Origin: Dendrobates tinctorius
Lineage: Eukaryota
Reading direction: 5' to 3'
DNA: 64,000 bases
Assembly: GCF_039654945.1 (NCBI RefSeq)
Contig: NW_027361686.1
Location: 9,548,001-9,612,000, forward strand
Position 1 is the first letter of the stretch. Every line of letters starts with the position of its first letter. Of the stretch, positions 1 to 12,739 are shown one piece after another. Both the position numbers and the translations under genes were made by a program. The notes beneath the pieces were generated by a model, which was not told the DNA's origin, did no database searches, and saw only the letters and a program-made list of their open reading frames with translations.

Positions 1-804
1 TGCAAAAAACTAATTTTTGCAATAAAAAGCGTCTTTTAGTGTGTGACACCAGCCAAACATAAAAACCCGATATAAATCTGGTATCATTGTAATCGCACCG
101 ACCCGAAGAATAAAGTCACCTAATCACTTGCACCTGCATGAGGAACAGCGTAAAAAATAAATAAAACCAATTCTTCATCTGCTGTTGATTTTTTCTTTCT
201 GCTTCCCAAACATCGTAGAAGGCTCAGCGCACATCTATCCTGCACTCTGCGCTGAGCGCTTACACCAGAGTTTCCATGTAAATCTCTGAAATACGTGATT
301 CAGTCGGAACCTTCAACGGAAGATTCCCTATAATGAGGCAGATGTAGGCACTGTGGATGCTGACTGACCTGTAATCCGGCAGTATCCGTCTTTTTAGGAT
401 TGCATAAAAGTGCTGTCAGCCACAGTTTTATGCACTTCTGAAAAGAAGGCTACCGCTGAACAGAGGCCAGACGGAGTTTAGAGTAACTCTGCTTCCTCAT
501 TATAGTGAAGGGATCCCTCATGGGTCTCATCTGTCATGTCACTCAGAAATTTAGATGGAAACCCCAAAGTAAGTGCTCAGAATAGAGCACCGTATAAATG
601 CGATCCCAAATGTGTAAAATGTTCTCAATAAAAGCTTCAACTCAATCCACAAAAAAAGCAAGTCCCCACTCAGATTTGTCATCTGTTAACAGAAATATAG
701 GGGGCTTCCACATTACTGGGAGTACAAAGGTTCTAGAACAGGGTTCCCCAACTCCAGTCCTCATGGCCCACCAACAGATCATGTTTTAGGATTTCCTTAG
801 TATT

Positions 805-1445
805 TGTCATGATCCAGGACGGGGTTTCGCTTTGGCCCGTCCTGGTCTGACTGGGGGTTTATTGTTCCGCCTCTGGCAGAGGGCAGCTATTTAATGCTCA
901 CTTGACCTAGGCCCGGTGTCAGTTATACTCCTGCCCTCAGCTGAGTTAGTTGACTTTGTGCGTACGTGTGCCTTGTGCCTGATATCTTGCTTGCTTGTTT
1001 GGTTTTGATCCGGTTCTGTCCCTGTTTCGAGTTCTGCCTGTCTCTCTTGTACTGTGCTACCTCTCGTGTATGACTCTCTGCTTGTGACCCGACTTCTCTC
1101 TGCTTGTCCCCTTGGTACCGCGTCGCCCTCTTGTGTATGACCTTTGGCTTTGTCTGACCTCCCGTCTGTTTATCCCTCCTGTACCTCGCTGTCCGTACTG
1201 TGAATGACCTCCGTTTTGCCCGACTCTGAGTTTTCTGTCTTCTCTGAAAGCAGGACGCTAAGCCCCGCCCCCTTGCAGTCACATGACCGTAGGTCCCGTG
1301 CCGGCTTGCTAAACTTCATCACTCAGATCCTGTGCACCTATACTTTCTGGCTGTCCTGGTCCCCAGGGGTCACCAGGGGTCCCTACGGTGCGGGTGAGTC
1401 CCTGCTCAGCGGAGGCTGTACGCCGGCGCTGTCAGGATCCTGATA
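805..1445 (+). repeat. 5' LTR of chromovirus
   Basis: TGTCATGATCC...GGATCCTGATA; direct repeat of 6459-7082; TATA-like TATTTAA at 888-894. Confidence 0.95.
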
Positions 1446-1499
1446 TTATAACTCACCGATACCATTTTTTTTTCTCTGCTCCCTTCTCCTGTGTGTGTG

Positions 1500-2346
1500 A
1501 TGGATCCTATGCATGCTCTTTCTGAGCAGGTTAAACACCTGACCCAGATGTCTCAGAAACTCCTTGGAGAACAACGAGTCCTGACTCAGTCTCAGCAGCT
1601 GATCGCTGACACTGTGCAGGGGGTTTTTTCATCGGGGGCTCGGGATATTACTTTAGTTTCCCCTGAGTCTCCAGTGAAGTTACCGGATACCTTTTCTGGA
1701 TATAAAAAAGTTCAGAGTTTTCAAGGAGGGCTGTAAGCTTTTTTTTTCCTTAAGACCACACTCTTCTGGGGATGAAAGTCAGATAGTGGGGGTCATTATG
1801 TCTCTGTTAAGGGGAGCCCCCCCAAGCTTAGGCTTTCTCCCTTCCGACCACGGCCCCTGAGCTTATGACGGTAGATGCATTTTTTAAGGCCCTGGGGCAT
1901 ATTTATGATGAGCCTGATCGGATGCGTATGGCTGAGGACATGGTGATGAGTGTGTGCCAGGGGAAGCACTCAGCCGAGTGGTTTTGTTCAGAATTCAGAC
2001 ACTGGGCTGCTGAGGTCTGTTGGAATGATGTCGCCCTCCGGGGTTTGTTCCGTAGAGGCCTGTCTGAACATCTGAAACCCTCCGCCTGATTCCCTGGAGG
2101 AGGCTATGACACAGACCGACCGAATGGATCGCCGGCTACGGGCGAGGGGTGTGATGCAAAGTGAAAGACCGTTATTCTCCCAAGGAAGGGGGGCCAGTCC
2201 TATATTGGAGATCACGGAGATGGGAACCATCGACCTCAAAGAAAATTAAAGGAGACAACGGCGCGTGGGAAAAGGCTGTTTTTACTGTGGCTATTCTGGA
2301 CATTGGAGAAAGGTTTGCCCCTCCCGTCCACTAACCAAGCGACTGA
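1500..2346 (+). pseudogene. gag (PEG10/RTL1-like capsid plus CCHC knuckle), frameshifted
   Basis: Fragments MDPMHAL..LPDTFSG and FFKALGHIYDEPDR..WNDVALRGLFRRGL; zinc knuckle CFYCGYSGHWRKVC; spread over several frames. Confidence 0.88.
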
Positions 2347-5300
2347 GCCCAGGTGATTGTTGTGGAGGTCACCCAGGCTCTCAGGTGCCTTTTTCTGCCT
2401 TCTCTAAAATGTTGTTGCAAGTGGAACTTTGTTGTGGGAGTGTCTCCACATCCACTTCTGCCTTCGTGGATTGCGGATCAGCATTGAACTTTATTGACTC
2501 TGATTTGGTATCCAGGTGTAAGTTAGGGACAGTTAGGTTGGAGACTCCTATTCACATTGTGGCCATTGACAAAACACCACTGGTAAAGAACGACATTATG
2601 TTTCGTACTGAAGAGTTTCTCCTTAAAGTGAGTTCCTTGCACCAGGAACGTATTTCATGTTTTGTGATGGACAACTGTTATGAATGAGTCACCGTAGGAG
2701 GCAAAAGCAGAAATACAAGCTAAGTCCAGAAAACCAGAGAAGTTGGCAACTATCAGATTGCAGACCCCTGAACCTATCAACACAACTAGCAGTAGCCGTG
2801 GGGGGTTCCTACAATGCCCTAGACCCCTCGATCACAGCCGGAAAATTACATAGGCCTAAAGAAAGAAAGGGGAAATCTAAACTGCCTCAGAGCAGACCCC
2901 AAAGCAGTAGGCAGCCCCCAACATATAATGACGGTGAAGCAAGATGAAAATACTAACACAGACAGAGAGATAGACTGAGCAAAGACGGGGCCCAAAACTA
3001 CCTAGATAGGAAAGGACAGGAAGGCTGCTGTCTGCAATCTGCCAAAACCCTATCAAAGACATAAGCCAACAAGCTGATATGAAAAAGGCCCTGAAGCAGC
3101 TAGGCTTCAAAAACTAAATCAGCACTCAGGTATTTTCAGAAGACAGAGCTAAAGGAATTCAGCACACCCCAGCAGGGAATGGCAGAAATCCAGAAAAACA
3201 AAGCAAAACAAAGTCAAAGCACAAAGCAAAAGGCCGAGCAGCAAACTTAGCTTTAGAGGAGCAGGAATTCAGACTGGTCTCCAAGGATCCCACAGAGAAA
3301 TCACCCGCAGGGCAGAAGGGCGTCGGCAGCCTTATATCCAGTCAGTCACTCCACTCAGCCAGTCATCATCATCAGCCTCAGGTGTTTGATAATCAGGCTC
3401 ACTACCTTTCTTTACCTGAAGAGGGAGTTCCTCGGGCCTCAGTAATGAAGGGGAAAATGAACTCACAACAGACAACCTGCCAGCGGGACTGGTGTTGGGG
3501 TTCCCCTGGTTACAATTGCATAATCCTGTAATTAATTGAGAATGACGGGACATTGTTAAATGGGGTCCCTATTGTTCTGAGAAATGTCTTGATACTGTGT
3601 CTTTGTCGTCCGTGGATCTGGAAGGTATTCTGGAGTGCCTGATAGACTATACGGACGTTTTCTCCGAAAAAGAGGCTGTGGTTTTACCACCACACCGCCC
3701 ATTTGATTGTGCCATTGACCTGGTTCCAGGTGCTAAATTGCCCAAGGCCCGCTTGTATAACCTTTCGGGTCCAGAACGGGCTGCAATGAAGGAGTATATT
3801 TCCGAGAGCCTCCGTAAGGGACACATTCGTCCTTCTGTTTCTCCTGCGGCGGCGGGGTTCTTTTTTGTAAAGAAAAAAGACGGTGGTTTATGCCCATGCC
3901 TCAATTTTCATGAGTTAAATAAGATAACTGTGAGGAATACGTATCCCCTTCCACTTATTCCTGATTTATACAACCAATTGTCCGGAGCTAAGTGGTTTTC
4001 AAAATTAGATCTACGGGGAGCGTATAACCTTATCCGAGTCCGAGATGGAGATGAATGGAAAACCGCTTTTCTCACTACTGAAGGGTTGTTTGAAAATCTG
4101 GTCATGCCTTTTGGCTTGACCAGTGCTCCAGCGGTCTTCCAAAACTTCATAAATCACGTGTTCTCTGATTTTATTGGACGTTTTTTGGTGGTATATTTGG
4201 ATGACATATTGATCTATTCTCCTGATAAACAGACTCACATTGGTCATGTTCGGGCAGTTCTCCAAAGGCTCCGGGAGAACTGTCTCTTTGCTAAACTGGA
4301 TAAATGTTTGTTTTTTGTTCAGGAACTGTCGTTTCTGGGGTTCATCGTGTCTGCTGAAGAGTATCGCATGGATCCTAATAAGGTGCAGGCCATTGTCGAG
4401 TGGGTTCAACCTTGTGATTTGAAGGCTCTGCAGTGTTTCCTAGGATTCGCTAATTACTATCGCAAATTTATAAAGGGGTTCTCACAGGTGGTTAAACCCC
4501 TCACAGACATGACTCTAAAGGGGGCCGATATCAAGAATTGGTCAACCGCAGCGGTAGCGGCATTTCAGTTTTTGAAAACATGTTTCATGTCGGCCCCGGT
4601 TCTTGTTCAACCGGACCCGTCGGAACCATTTATTGTTGAGGTAGATGCCTCAGAGGTGGGGGTGGGGGCGGTATTGTCCCAGGGACCCACCACTTTGACC
4701 AATTTAAGACCTTGCGCCTTTTTCTCAAAGAAATTCTCTCCTGCGGAGAGAAACTATGATGTGGGAAATCGAGAACTTCTGGCCGTTAAGTTGGCCTTTG
4801 AAGAATGGAGGCATTTTTTGGAGGGGGCTGTCCATCCTATAACCGTAATTACGGACCACAAAAACCTTGCTTATACTGAGTCAGCTAAGAGGTTGACTCC
4901 TAGACAGGCTAGATGGTCACTTTTTTTTCCCCGATTCAACTTCTCGATCACTTTTCGGCCAGGGTCCAAAAATGTCAGAGCGGATGCTGTCACGCAGTTT
5001 AGATCCGGTGTCCCCTCCGGAACCTCCATCCTCCATTCTTCAGCCTGGGGTGGTGGTGGCAGGTATTTTGAATATGTTGGAATGAGAGATTCGGGAAGCC
5101 CAGTCTCTTGCACCGCCGGCTAAGCTGGTGGACAAACTTTTTGTGCCAGGTCAGCTTCGCCTTAAGGTCCTCCGGGAGTTCCATGACTCAGTTCTGGGTG
5201 GACATCCAGGGATCTCAGCTACCCGGAAGGCTATTGCTAGAGTATTCTGGTGGTCTGCTTTAGCCTCTGATGTTGGGGAATATGTGTCTGCTTGTGATGA

Positions 5301-6447
5301 TTGTGCCCGTGCAAAAAACCCCATAACCGGCCGGACGGCCGGGGAATTGGTATCACTGCCAATTCCTGAGAGACCATGAACGCATTTGTCCATGGATTTC
5401 ATCACCAACCTTCCCCCCTCCAAGGGTAATACCATCGTCTGGGTTGTGGTGGACAGGTTTAGTAAGCAGGCATATTTTGTACCTTAGATAGCTCTACCTA
5501 ATGCGGAAACATTGTCCAGATTGTTTGTTGAGCATGTGGTGCAGTTGCATGGGGTACCCTTGAATGTGGTGCCCAATAGAGGAGTGCAATTTGTTTCCAG
5601 ATTTTGGAGGGCTTTTTGTAAAAGGTTGGGTATTGGTCTGTCCTTTTCATCCGCTTATCAACCAGAGACTAATGGGCAGACCGAGCGGACCAATCAGTCG
5701 CTGGAGCAAATTCTGCGTTGCTTGACATCAGACCGACAAGATGATTGGTGCTCTGTGTTACCGGTGGCTGAGTTTGCATTTAACAACCGCGTTAACCAGT
5801 CTACGGGTACATCTCCCTTTTTCTGCAATTATGGGTTCCATCCTCATTTTGGACAATTTTCCCGTTTGAATTCTGGGTGTCCTGGGGCGGATGAGACGAT
5901 CCAGCGGTTGTGGGAGGTATGGTGTGAGGTCCAGAGTAACATTACGAAGGCCCAGGACAAATTTAAATGTTTTGCGAACAAAAACCGATCCGCGGGACCG
6001 GTGTTTCAGATTGGGGATAAGGTATGCTTGTCCACCAAGAATATAAGACTCAAGGTCCCCTCTGCGAAGCTTGGACCCAAGTTTATCGGTCCTTATGAAA
6101 TTACCGAGGCAGTTAACCCGGTGGCTTTTCGGTTGCGTCTCCCGCCATCTCTGCGGATCCCAAATGTTTTTCATAAGGCCCTTCTGAAACCTGTGAGGTC
6201 CGCTGGGGAGGGATCATCAGCTTCCCCAACACCGGTTTTGGTAGACGGGCAGTCGGAGTACGAGGTGGAACGAATTGTCGACTCCAGGTTGGTCCGTCGT
6301 GCCCTTCAATATCTGGTACATTGGAAAGGCTACGGTCCTGAAGAACGCTCGTGGGTTCCTGCTCGATCGGTTCATGCAGATCGGTTGGTCCGGGCCTTTC
6401 ACGCCAAGTACCCTGAGAGACCTGGGGGTCCAGTGGCCCCCCATTGA
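2340..6447 (+). pseudogene. pol: protease, reverse transcriptase, RNase H, integrase, chromodomain; interrupted by a solo LTR, stops and frameshifts
   Basis: AFVDCGSALNFI (PR); MPFGL and VVYLDDILIYS (RT); VEVDAS..NYDVGNRELLA..TDHKNL (RH); H..GHPG..CDDC and PETNGQTER (IN); GPKFIGPY; EYEVERIVDSR..YLVHWKGYGPEERSW (chromodomain). Confidence 0.95.
2676..3470 (-). mobile_element. Solo LTR inserted in the chromovirus protease region
   Basis: Termini TGTTATGA...TCACAACA; GACAAC duplicated (2670-2675 / 3471-3476). Removing it restores ..MDNLPAGLVLGFPWL. Orientation inferred from composition only. Confidence 0.88.
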
Positions 6448-6458
6448 GAGGAGGGTAC

Positions 6459-7082
6459 TGTCATGATCCAGGACGGGGTTTCGCTTTGGCCCGCCCTGGT
6501 CTGACTGGGGGTTTATTGTTACACCTCTCCCTGGCAGAGGGTGGCTATTTAATGCTCACTTGACCTAGGCCCGGTGTCAGTTATACTTCTGCCCTCGGCT
6601 GAGTTAGTTGACCTTGTGTGTATGTGTGCCTTGTGCCTGATATCTTGCTTGCTTGTTTGGTTTTGTCCCTGTTTCGAGTTCTGCCTGTCCCTCTTGTCCT
6701 GCGCTACCTCTCGTGTATGACTCTCTGCTTGTGACCCGACTTCTCTCTGCTCGTCCCCTTGGTACCGCGTCGCCCTCTTGTGTATGACCTTTGCCTTTGT
6801 CTGACCTCCCGTCTGTTTATCCCTCCTGTACCTCGCTGTACGTACTGTGAATGACCTCCGTTTTGCCCGACTCTGAGTTTTCTGTCTTCTCTGAAAGCAG
6901 GACGCTAAGCCCCGCCCCCTTGCAGTTACATGACCGTAGGTCCCGTGCCGGCTTGCTAAACTTCATCACTCCGGTCCTGTGCACCTATACTTTCTGGCTG
7001 TCCTGGTCCCCAGGGGTCCCTACGGTGCGGGTGAGTCCCTGCTCAGCGGAGGCTGTACGCCGGCGCTGTCAGGATCCTGATA
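6459..7082 (+). repeat. 3' LTR of chromovirus
   Basis: Direct repeat of 805-1445 with a few indels; follows the PPT. Confidence 0.95.
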
Positions 7083-7189
7083 GTATTGCTCAGGTGATAA
7101 TTGCTTCACCTGTGCAATCCAAAGGAAATCCTGAAAACATTATCTGTTGGTGGGCATTGAGGACTGGAGTTGGGGAACCCTACTCTAGA

Positions 7190-8580
7190 AAAGCAAAATC
7201 ACTCCTCACCCCTCAAAATAATTTCAGAAAATTCTCTGCTCCCAAATCCAAATGCCACCTCCCTTCTGAGCCCCAGAATGTACCTAAACCACATATAGCA
7301 TCCACATGCTTGGCATTTCTGAAGCGATGAGAGCCTAACTTACGGGTGCATGTCTCCAGAAGTAAGGGCTGGGCATAACATACTGGTGACTGCAACATAC
7401 TGGTCATTACAGCGTACTGGTCACTACAATGGAAGTTTGCAATTTTCACTCAGCAACATTCATTGCTGCTGGTTTCTGGAAAATACCTATCAAGTCAAAA
7501 TCGGCACTACACCTGTAAATGTAGAGGTAAAATGCATTCATATATAGGAGGTTTCTGTTGTTCTGGCACCTCAGGGGCTCTGACAATGTGACATGGCACT
7601 CTCAAACCATTCCAGCAAAATCTGAACTCCAATATGGTGCCTCTTCCCTTCTGAGATTTGCACTGTGCCTCAAAAGTAGTATTCCCTCACATATGAGGTA
7701 TTGGCTTACTCAGAAGAAATTTAACTACAAATTGTATGGTTCAATGTCCCCTGATAACCTTATGAAAATGCAAAATTTGGGTCTAAAATAACATTTTTGT
7801 GGGGAAAATGTGATTTTATTATTTTCATGGCTTAACATTATAAACTTCCGTGAAGCACCTGGGTTTCAAGGTGCTCACCACACATCTAAATACATTCCTT
7901 GAGGGGTATAGTTTACAAAATGGGGTCACTTGTGGGGGGTTTCCACTGTTTAGACATATCAGGGGCTCTCCAAATGGGACATGACGTCCGCTAATGATTA
8001 CAGGAAATTTTACATTCAAAAAGTCAAATTAAACTTCTGTGAAGTTCCTTCAAGGTGCTCACCACACATCTAAATACATTCCTTGAGGGGTATAGTTTCC
8101 AAAATGGAGTCACTTGTGGGATCTTTCCACTGTTCAGGCACATCAGGGGCTCTCCAAACATGCATGACACCAGCAGACCATTCCAGCAAAGTCTGCCTTC
8201 CAAATTGTCACTACTTCATTTCTGAGCCCTACTGTGCACCCAAACAGTAGTTTTCCCAAACATATGATGTCTCTGCATACTCAGGAGAAATTGCTCAACA
8301 AATTTTGGGATCAATTTTCTCCTGTTACCCTTGTGAAAATAAAAAATTGGGACTAAAAAAAATTTGTGTGGCAAAAATGTGATTTTTATTTTATTTTCAC
8401 AGATTACCGTCATAAACATATGTGAAGCACTTGGGGGGTTCAAGCTGGTCACCACACATCTAGATAAATCCCTGAGGGGTCTAGTTTATAATAGGGTGTC
8501 ACTTGCAGAGGGTTTCCACTGTTTAGGCACATCAGGGGCTCTCCAAATGCGAAATAGCGCTAGCAAATTATTAACCCCTG
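7190..8580. repeat. Old interspersed repeat with internally repeated blocks (continues 1-730); probable non-autonomous DNA transposon
   Basis: Block ..GGTGCTCACCACACATCTA..GTCACTTG..TTTCCACTGTT..CATCAGGGGCTCTCCAAA recurs near 7870, 8050 and 8445. Confidence 0.55.
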
Positions 8581-9254
8581 CATTCTCTGCAGGATTTCTA
8601 CAAGACTACCTATAGATAGCTGTCTTGTAAGCCAAAGTGCAACCTATTGTAGAATTTTCAGATATGACTGGAGGTGTCCACCAGGTCAGTTTTCTGGAGA
8701 AGAGGTATTCTGCATACTTTCCACCAGAATCATTGCTGATTCTCACCAAGGAGCATCTGTACTTTTGTTTTATTAATTTCAACATTTTACATGTATACAA
8801 TACAAAATGATTCCTCTCTAGAGGATCAGAGTGAAAGACATTGACTATAGCATTGCTGAAAGTGTAGCACACAAACACCATTAGCGGACTGGGCCATTGA
8901 TCTCCTTTTGCTGGCATTTCATACTCCATGTAGTAGTCATAAAACTGATCAATTTATGAAAGTGCTAATGTTAATGCCTTCTTGGAAAAGTGATGCTTTT
9001 ACCTTCTGTATCATATTGCGTATTCATTCTGCACCATTAAGGACCTCTTCAATAGCAGCTGAAGAATAATCTTGAGGAGCATGCAGAATATGTGAAAGTT
9101 TCATGACATGGCAGAAAATAAATGATATTGGCGCAGTGAATAATATGTAATAATCTGCCAGTTCTGATATCAGCATTCATTAAAAAATTATTTGGTGCCA
9201 TCTTGAGACCCTCATTTCCACATCGGACGTGAGCGCTGGCGATGACGTTATGAT

Positions 9255-9490
9255 TAGAGATGAACAAATTTTTTCGGATTCGGTTCTGAATACGATCGGA
9301 ATCGAATATTGTTTTTGCAATATTTGTCGAACAGTGCAGAACGTCATTAGAGTCAATGGGAGTAGAAATTACCAAAAATGTTCGGAACTGATCATAAGAC
9401 ATATATTTGGCCCGAATAGTGTTCGAATATGGCACGAATATGTCAAAATCAGATTCGGGGCCAAAATTCGAACAAATTCGCTCATCTCTA
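9255..9490. mobile_element. hAT-type MITE
   Basis: TIR TAGAGATGAAC.. / ..GCTCATCTCTA; 8-bp flanks GTTATGAT / GTTATGAC. Confidence 0.8.
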
Positions 9491-10229
9491 GTTATGACCC
9501 CACACACCAGGACGCGATCAGCAGGGAGCGCCTCAGCCGATGTGTTGGGTAATAAAGCAAATGATACATCTCAGATCTCTATGTTCCTTTGAGATCCAAA
9601 ATGTTGAATTTCCAAAGTTAATGAGAGTGTATGAATGACGGGACAACTAATTGTATCCATTACTGTTTTTTATTCCATGGGGACCGATCAGGAGAGATAA
9701 AAGGTTCTGTAATTAAGGTCAAACATCATTTTAAAAACAATCTGAAATATGTGATATAAATACTCCTCAACATTGCAACAAGAAGGAAATTAAAGGATTT
9801 ATGGAAATAACAGGATCATTTGACAGTTTAATGATATGCAAATGGTGGAAAATGAAATACACGGTAATTTGCAAAACATCTTGATTTATTCAGTGTCAAG
9901 TATAAGCGCCATGGACAAAAATATATGCACCTAATTGCCTTGGCTGTATCAATGTGATTATTAATAGTTGTAAAAGGAATGTTCTGTACTTGGCAAATCA
10001 TCAAGATCTGCCTTTGGTAAATCCGTTTGCAAATGCAAATGAGCAATGATGTCTCTGAGCTGCTCAATGGAAAACAAGTCCTGACACGTCTCAAGGCATT
10101 GTATCAGGCTGCTCTCGCTGACCTCACCGCTCTCAAAAGCTATCATCTGCTGAGCAAGACAACAATGGTGGTTGGAATGAAGGTCTGTCCTCTTCAGTGA
10201 TGAGTCCCATTTTTGTCTTGGAGACAATA

Positions 10230-11750
10230 ATACCTAAAGGTTGGTTTGGAGAACACATGGGCAACACCATGAAGAGGCCTTCAAAAGGCCACTTCACTCT
10301 AGTCCTATTCCCAGGATTATGATGTTATGATGTGGGATAGTGGGTCGCCCTCCCAGGGCCGTGGGGTACTCGGTATAGGGCCGGTGTCAGTGGGATGTGT
10401 CACAGCAACAGTGACCCGGTCCGTGGCCAGGGGCGCCCAAGTAATGGGGAAATGTAATGGTGTAATGGAATAGTTTGTGACGCCACCTGTGGTGTTCGGC
10501 AAGGGAGATGTTAAGCCGACGCTGCAGACAGATCCGCTGGGACTGATGGTATGGTGCAGCAAAGATGTAATAGCTCCCACAGGTGAAGCTATAGTCCCAG
10601 GGCAGTGTAGATGTTGTTGGCACAGGGATGTAGCAGTGCCGGAAAGGTAGGAAGCAGACAAGACACAGGGGGGTGCAATTTCTGTACCTTTACTTGATAA
10701 CTGCAGTCCAGGGTCCTGATTACAGATGGTATTGGAGCAGGCTAGCCTAGAAGCAACTCAGGGATTCTCTCTCAGCAGACGGCTGTGCAGTCTCCTTCCT
10801 AGCACCTATTTGAATGAAGTACTCCAAGCACTGAGTTACTCTGAAGTTCCTCCTGTCAGATGTTCCCAAGAACCTTACTTGCACGGCAGACAGCTGTAGC
10901 CTCTCTCGGGGACTCCTTTCTCTAGTCCTGGCTCTCTATCCAAGCTGCTGTTGTGCCTCAAGTCTTAGATGGGAGTAGGGCATTTACAGCCTCCTACTCC
11001 TCTGGTATCTGCTGTAGGACCTTTAGTATCCGTACAGCCGTGGAGAACAGGCTCCAGTTCGTGTGCTCTCAAGCTGAGGGAGCGCGCCTTCCGCAGCTCA
11101 ACCTCCAGCTTCTCTCTACACGTCTGCACATTTCACCCTCCACAGTCTAACTGACCACTCCTTCCTCTTGGCCCTCAGAGGGCACCCCTCCCCTTAATCC
11201 CTCTGCTGGCCTGGAGTGGAACTGTGTTGCATGTATGGATTGACTGCGAGAGAGACCCATCATTGCCTCCAAGCCTGGCATTACCCTCCCCTGGAGGAAG
11301 GCAAAGCCACTGTGGCGGCCATACTCCTGGGGGCGCCACAATAGCATAATGTGAATGGTAGCCAAACCCCTCTAGTCTTCATTCCTAGTGCACTAACAGC
11401 TCAATATTACATTGATTTGGTCATGGAACTAGTGCTACAGCCATTTCACCAAAGTATCCCAAGAGACATTTTTCAGCATGACAACACCAGACCACAAGTG
11501 CTGGTACTACTGTGAGCAGCCTGCATGGCCTAAACAGGCTACCATGGCCTGCAGCGTCTCCAGATTTGTCTCCCCATCGAGCACATCTGGGACATTATTG
11601 TCGGCAATTACAAAGGGAGCTGCCAGCAGCAGATGTTGATGATTTGCCCAAGTGCATACAACCACTAATAACCTCTGAGAGCAGTCAGGATATGTAAGTG
11701 CGGGCATTTGTGCATGTGGCTTATATTCTATATTGAATAAATCAAGATTT
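10230..11750 (+). pseudogene. Degenerate Tc1 transposase fragment split by a solo LTR
   Basis: Remnant FQHDN-like sequence near 11471 and LPWPAASPDLSP near 11540; boundaries approximate. Confidence 0.65.
10341..11340. mobile_element. Solo LTR, 1000 bp (family A, copy 1)
   Basis: TGGGTCGCCC...GGGGCGCCACA; 4-bp TSD ATAG; homologous to 56746-57766 and 63560-end. Confidence 0.9.
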
Positions 11751-11758
11751 ATTGAATA

Positions 11759-12624
11759 CTAGCTGAAGAGGCCGGCGTTGCCCAGGCATAGTACCTAACT
11801 GTTGGTTCCGCTTCCTTAACAGACCCGCTCTCCACCCGCCATCATGCTCTCTCCTTCCGCAGCCCCGCTCTCCACCCACCGTCCCGCTCTATCCCTCTGC
11901 AGCCGCGCTCTACATCCGTGTCCCGGTGTCCCTCCACAGCTCCGCTCTCTTCCTTCACAGCCCTGCTCTCCCGCTCTCTCCCTCTACAGCCCTGCTGTCT
12001 TCCTTCCTCCACAGCCCCCTCTCCATGCACCACATGACGTCGGGACCAGGAGAGAGAGATGCGCAGATTTTTTGTTCGGACGGAGTGGGCGGAGCTGGGT
12101 GTAGTGGGTGGAGCTAGAGCTGAGCTGCAGTGCATGTGATTGGGTGACCTGCGGGGTGGCGTGGCCTAGTACTGTAGTAGGCCACAGTAGAAGTCGGAGA
12201 CTAAATTTATGCTTCCCCGGAGTGGATGGAGCTGGCCGGAGTGGGCGGAGCTAGAGCAGAGCTGCGGTGCGTGTGATTGGGCGGCCTGCAGGGGGCGTGG
12301 TCTAGCGCTGTAGTAGGCCGCAGTAGAAGCTGGGGACTAAATTTAGGCCGGGAAGCTGCAGGGGAGAGGGGGATAGCGCAGTTGAGGCGGGGAGCGCCGA
12401 CTGAGCCGGGACAGGGCTGAGATTGTGCCGGCACTATTCGGCCCCTGTCCTGAAGACTGTCTTCCTCACAGCCCTGCTCTCCATGCACAGTCCTGCTGTA
12501 TCTGTCCTCAGCCCTGCTTTCCAACCGCGTCCCATTCTGCTGCTTCATGATTGGTTGGTGTCCCACTCTGCTGCTTCATGATTGGATGATGATACACACA
12601 CACATTCAGATTTATATATAGAGA
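11759..12624 (-). mobile_element. Non-autonomous Helitron
   Basis: On the minus strand it starts A|TC.. and ends ..CTAG|T, with a GC-rich subterminal hairpin (CCTGGGCAACGCCGG) shortly before the CTAG; no TSD; internal duplication. Confidence 0.8.
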
Positions 12625-12739
12625 TGTTGTTTCCACTCTTCATAATTTGCACTTCATTACAATGTCTGTCCATCCTGTGATTTCCATAATTCCACAATCT
12701 CAATGATGCGAAGTGTGTGTATTTTAAATTTTATATATA

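Larger units (their letters stand above)
805..7082 (+). mobile_element. Full-length Ty3/Gypsy LTR retrotransposon, Tf1/sushi chromovirus group, ORFs disrupted
   Basis: Two similar LTRs (805-1445, 6459-7082), 5-bp TSD GTATT (800-804 / 7083-7087), polypurine tract GAGAGGAGGG (6446-6455), gag-PR-RT-RH-IN-chromodomain order. Confidence 0.97.
739..7182. mobile_element. hAT-type palindromic MITE (~160 bp) split by the chromovirus insertion
   Basis: TIR CAGGGTTCCCCAACTCCAGTCCTCA at 739, inverse copy ending 7182. Near-identical 8-bp flanks TTCTAGAA (731-738) / CTCTAGAA (7183-7190). Confidence 0.8.

Noticed and set aside
3597-6447. Domesticated RTL1/PEG10-like host gene
   Set aside because: Flanked by LTRs and a TSD and broken by stops and frameshifts; an ordinary decayed retrotransposon.
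8600-10230. Short protein-like ORFs; searched for the penultimate MFRP exon
   Set aside because: No recognisable motif or CRD N-terminal cysteine pattern; multiple stops.
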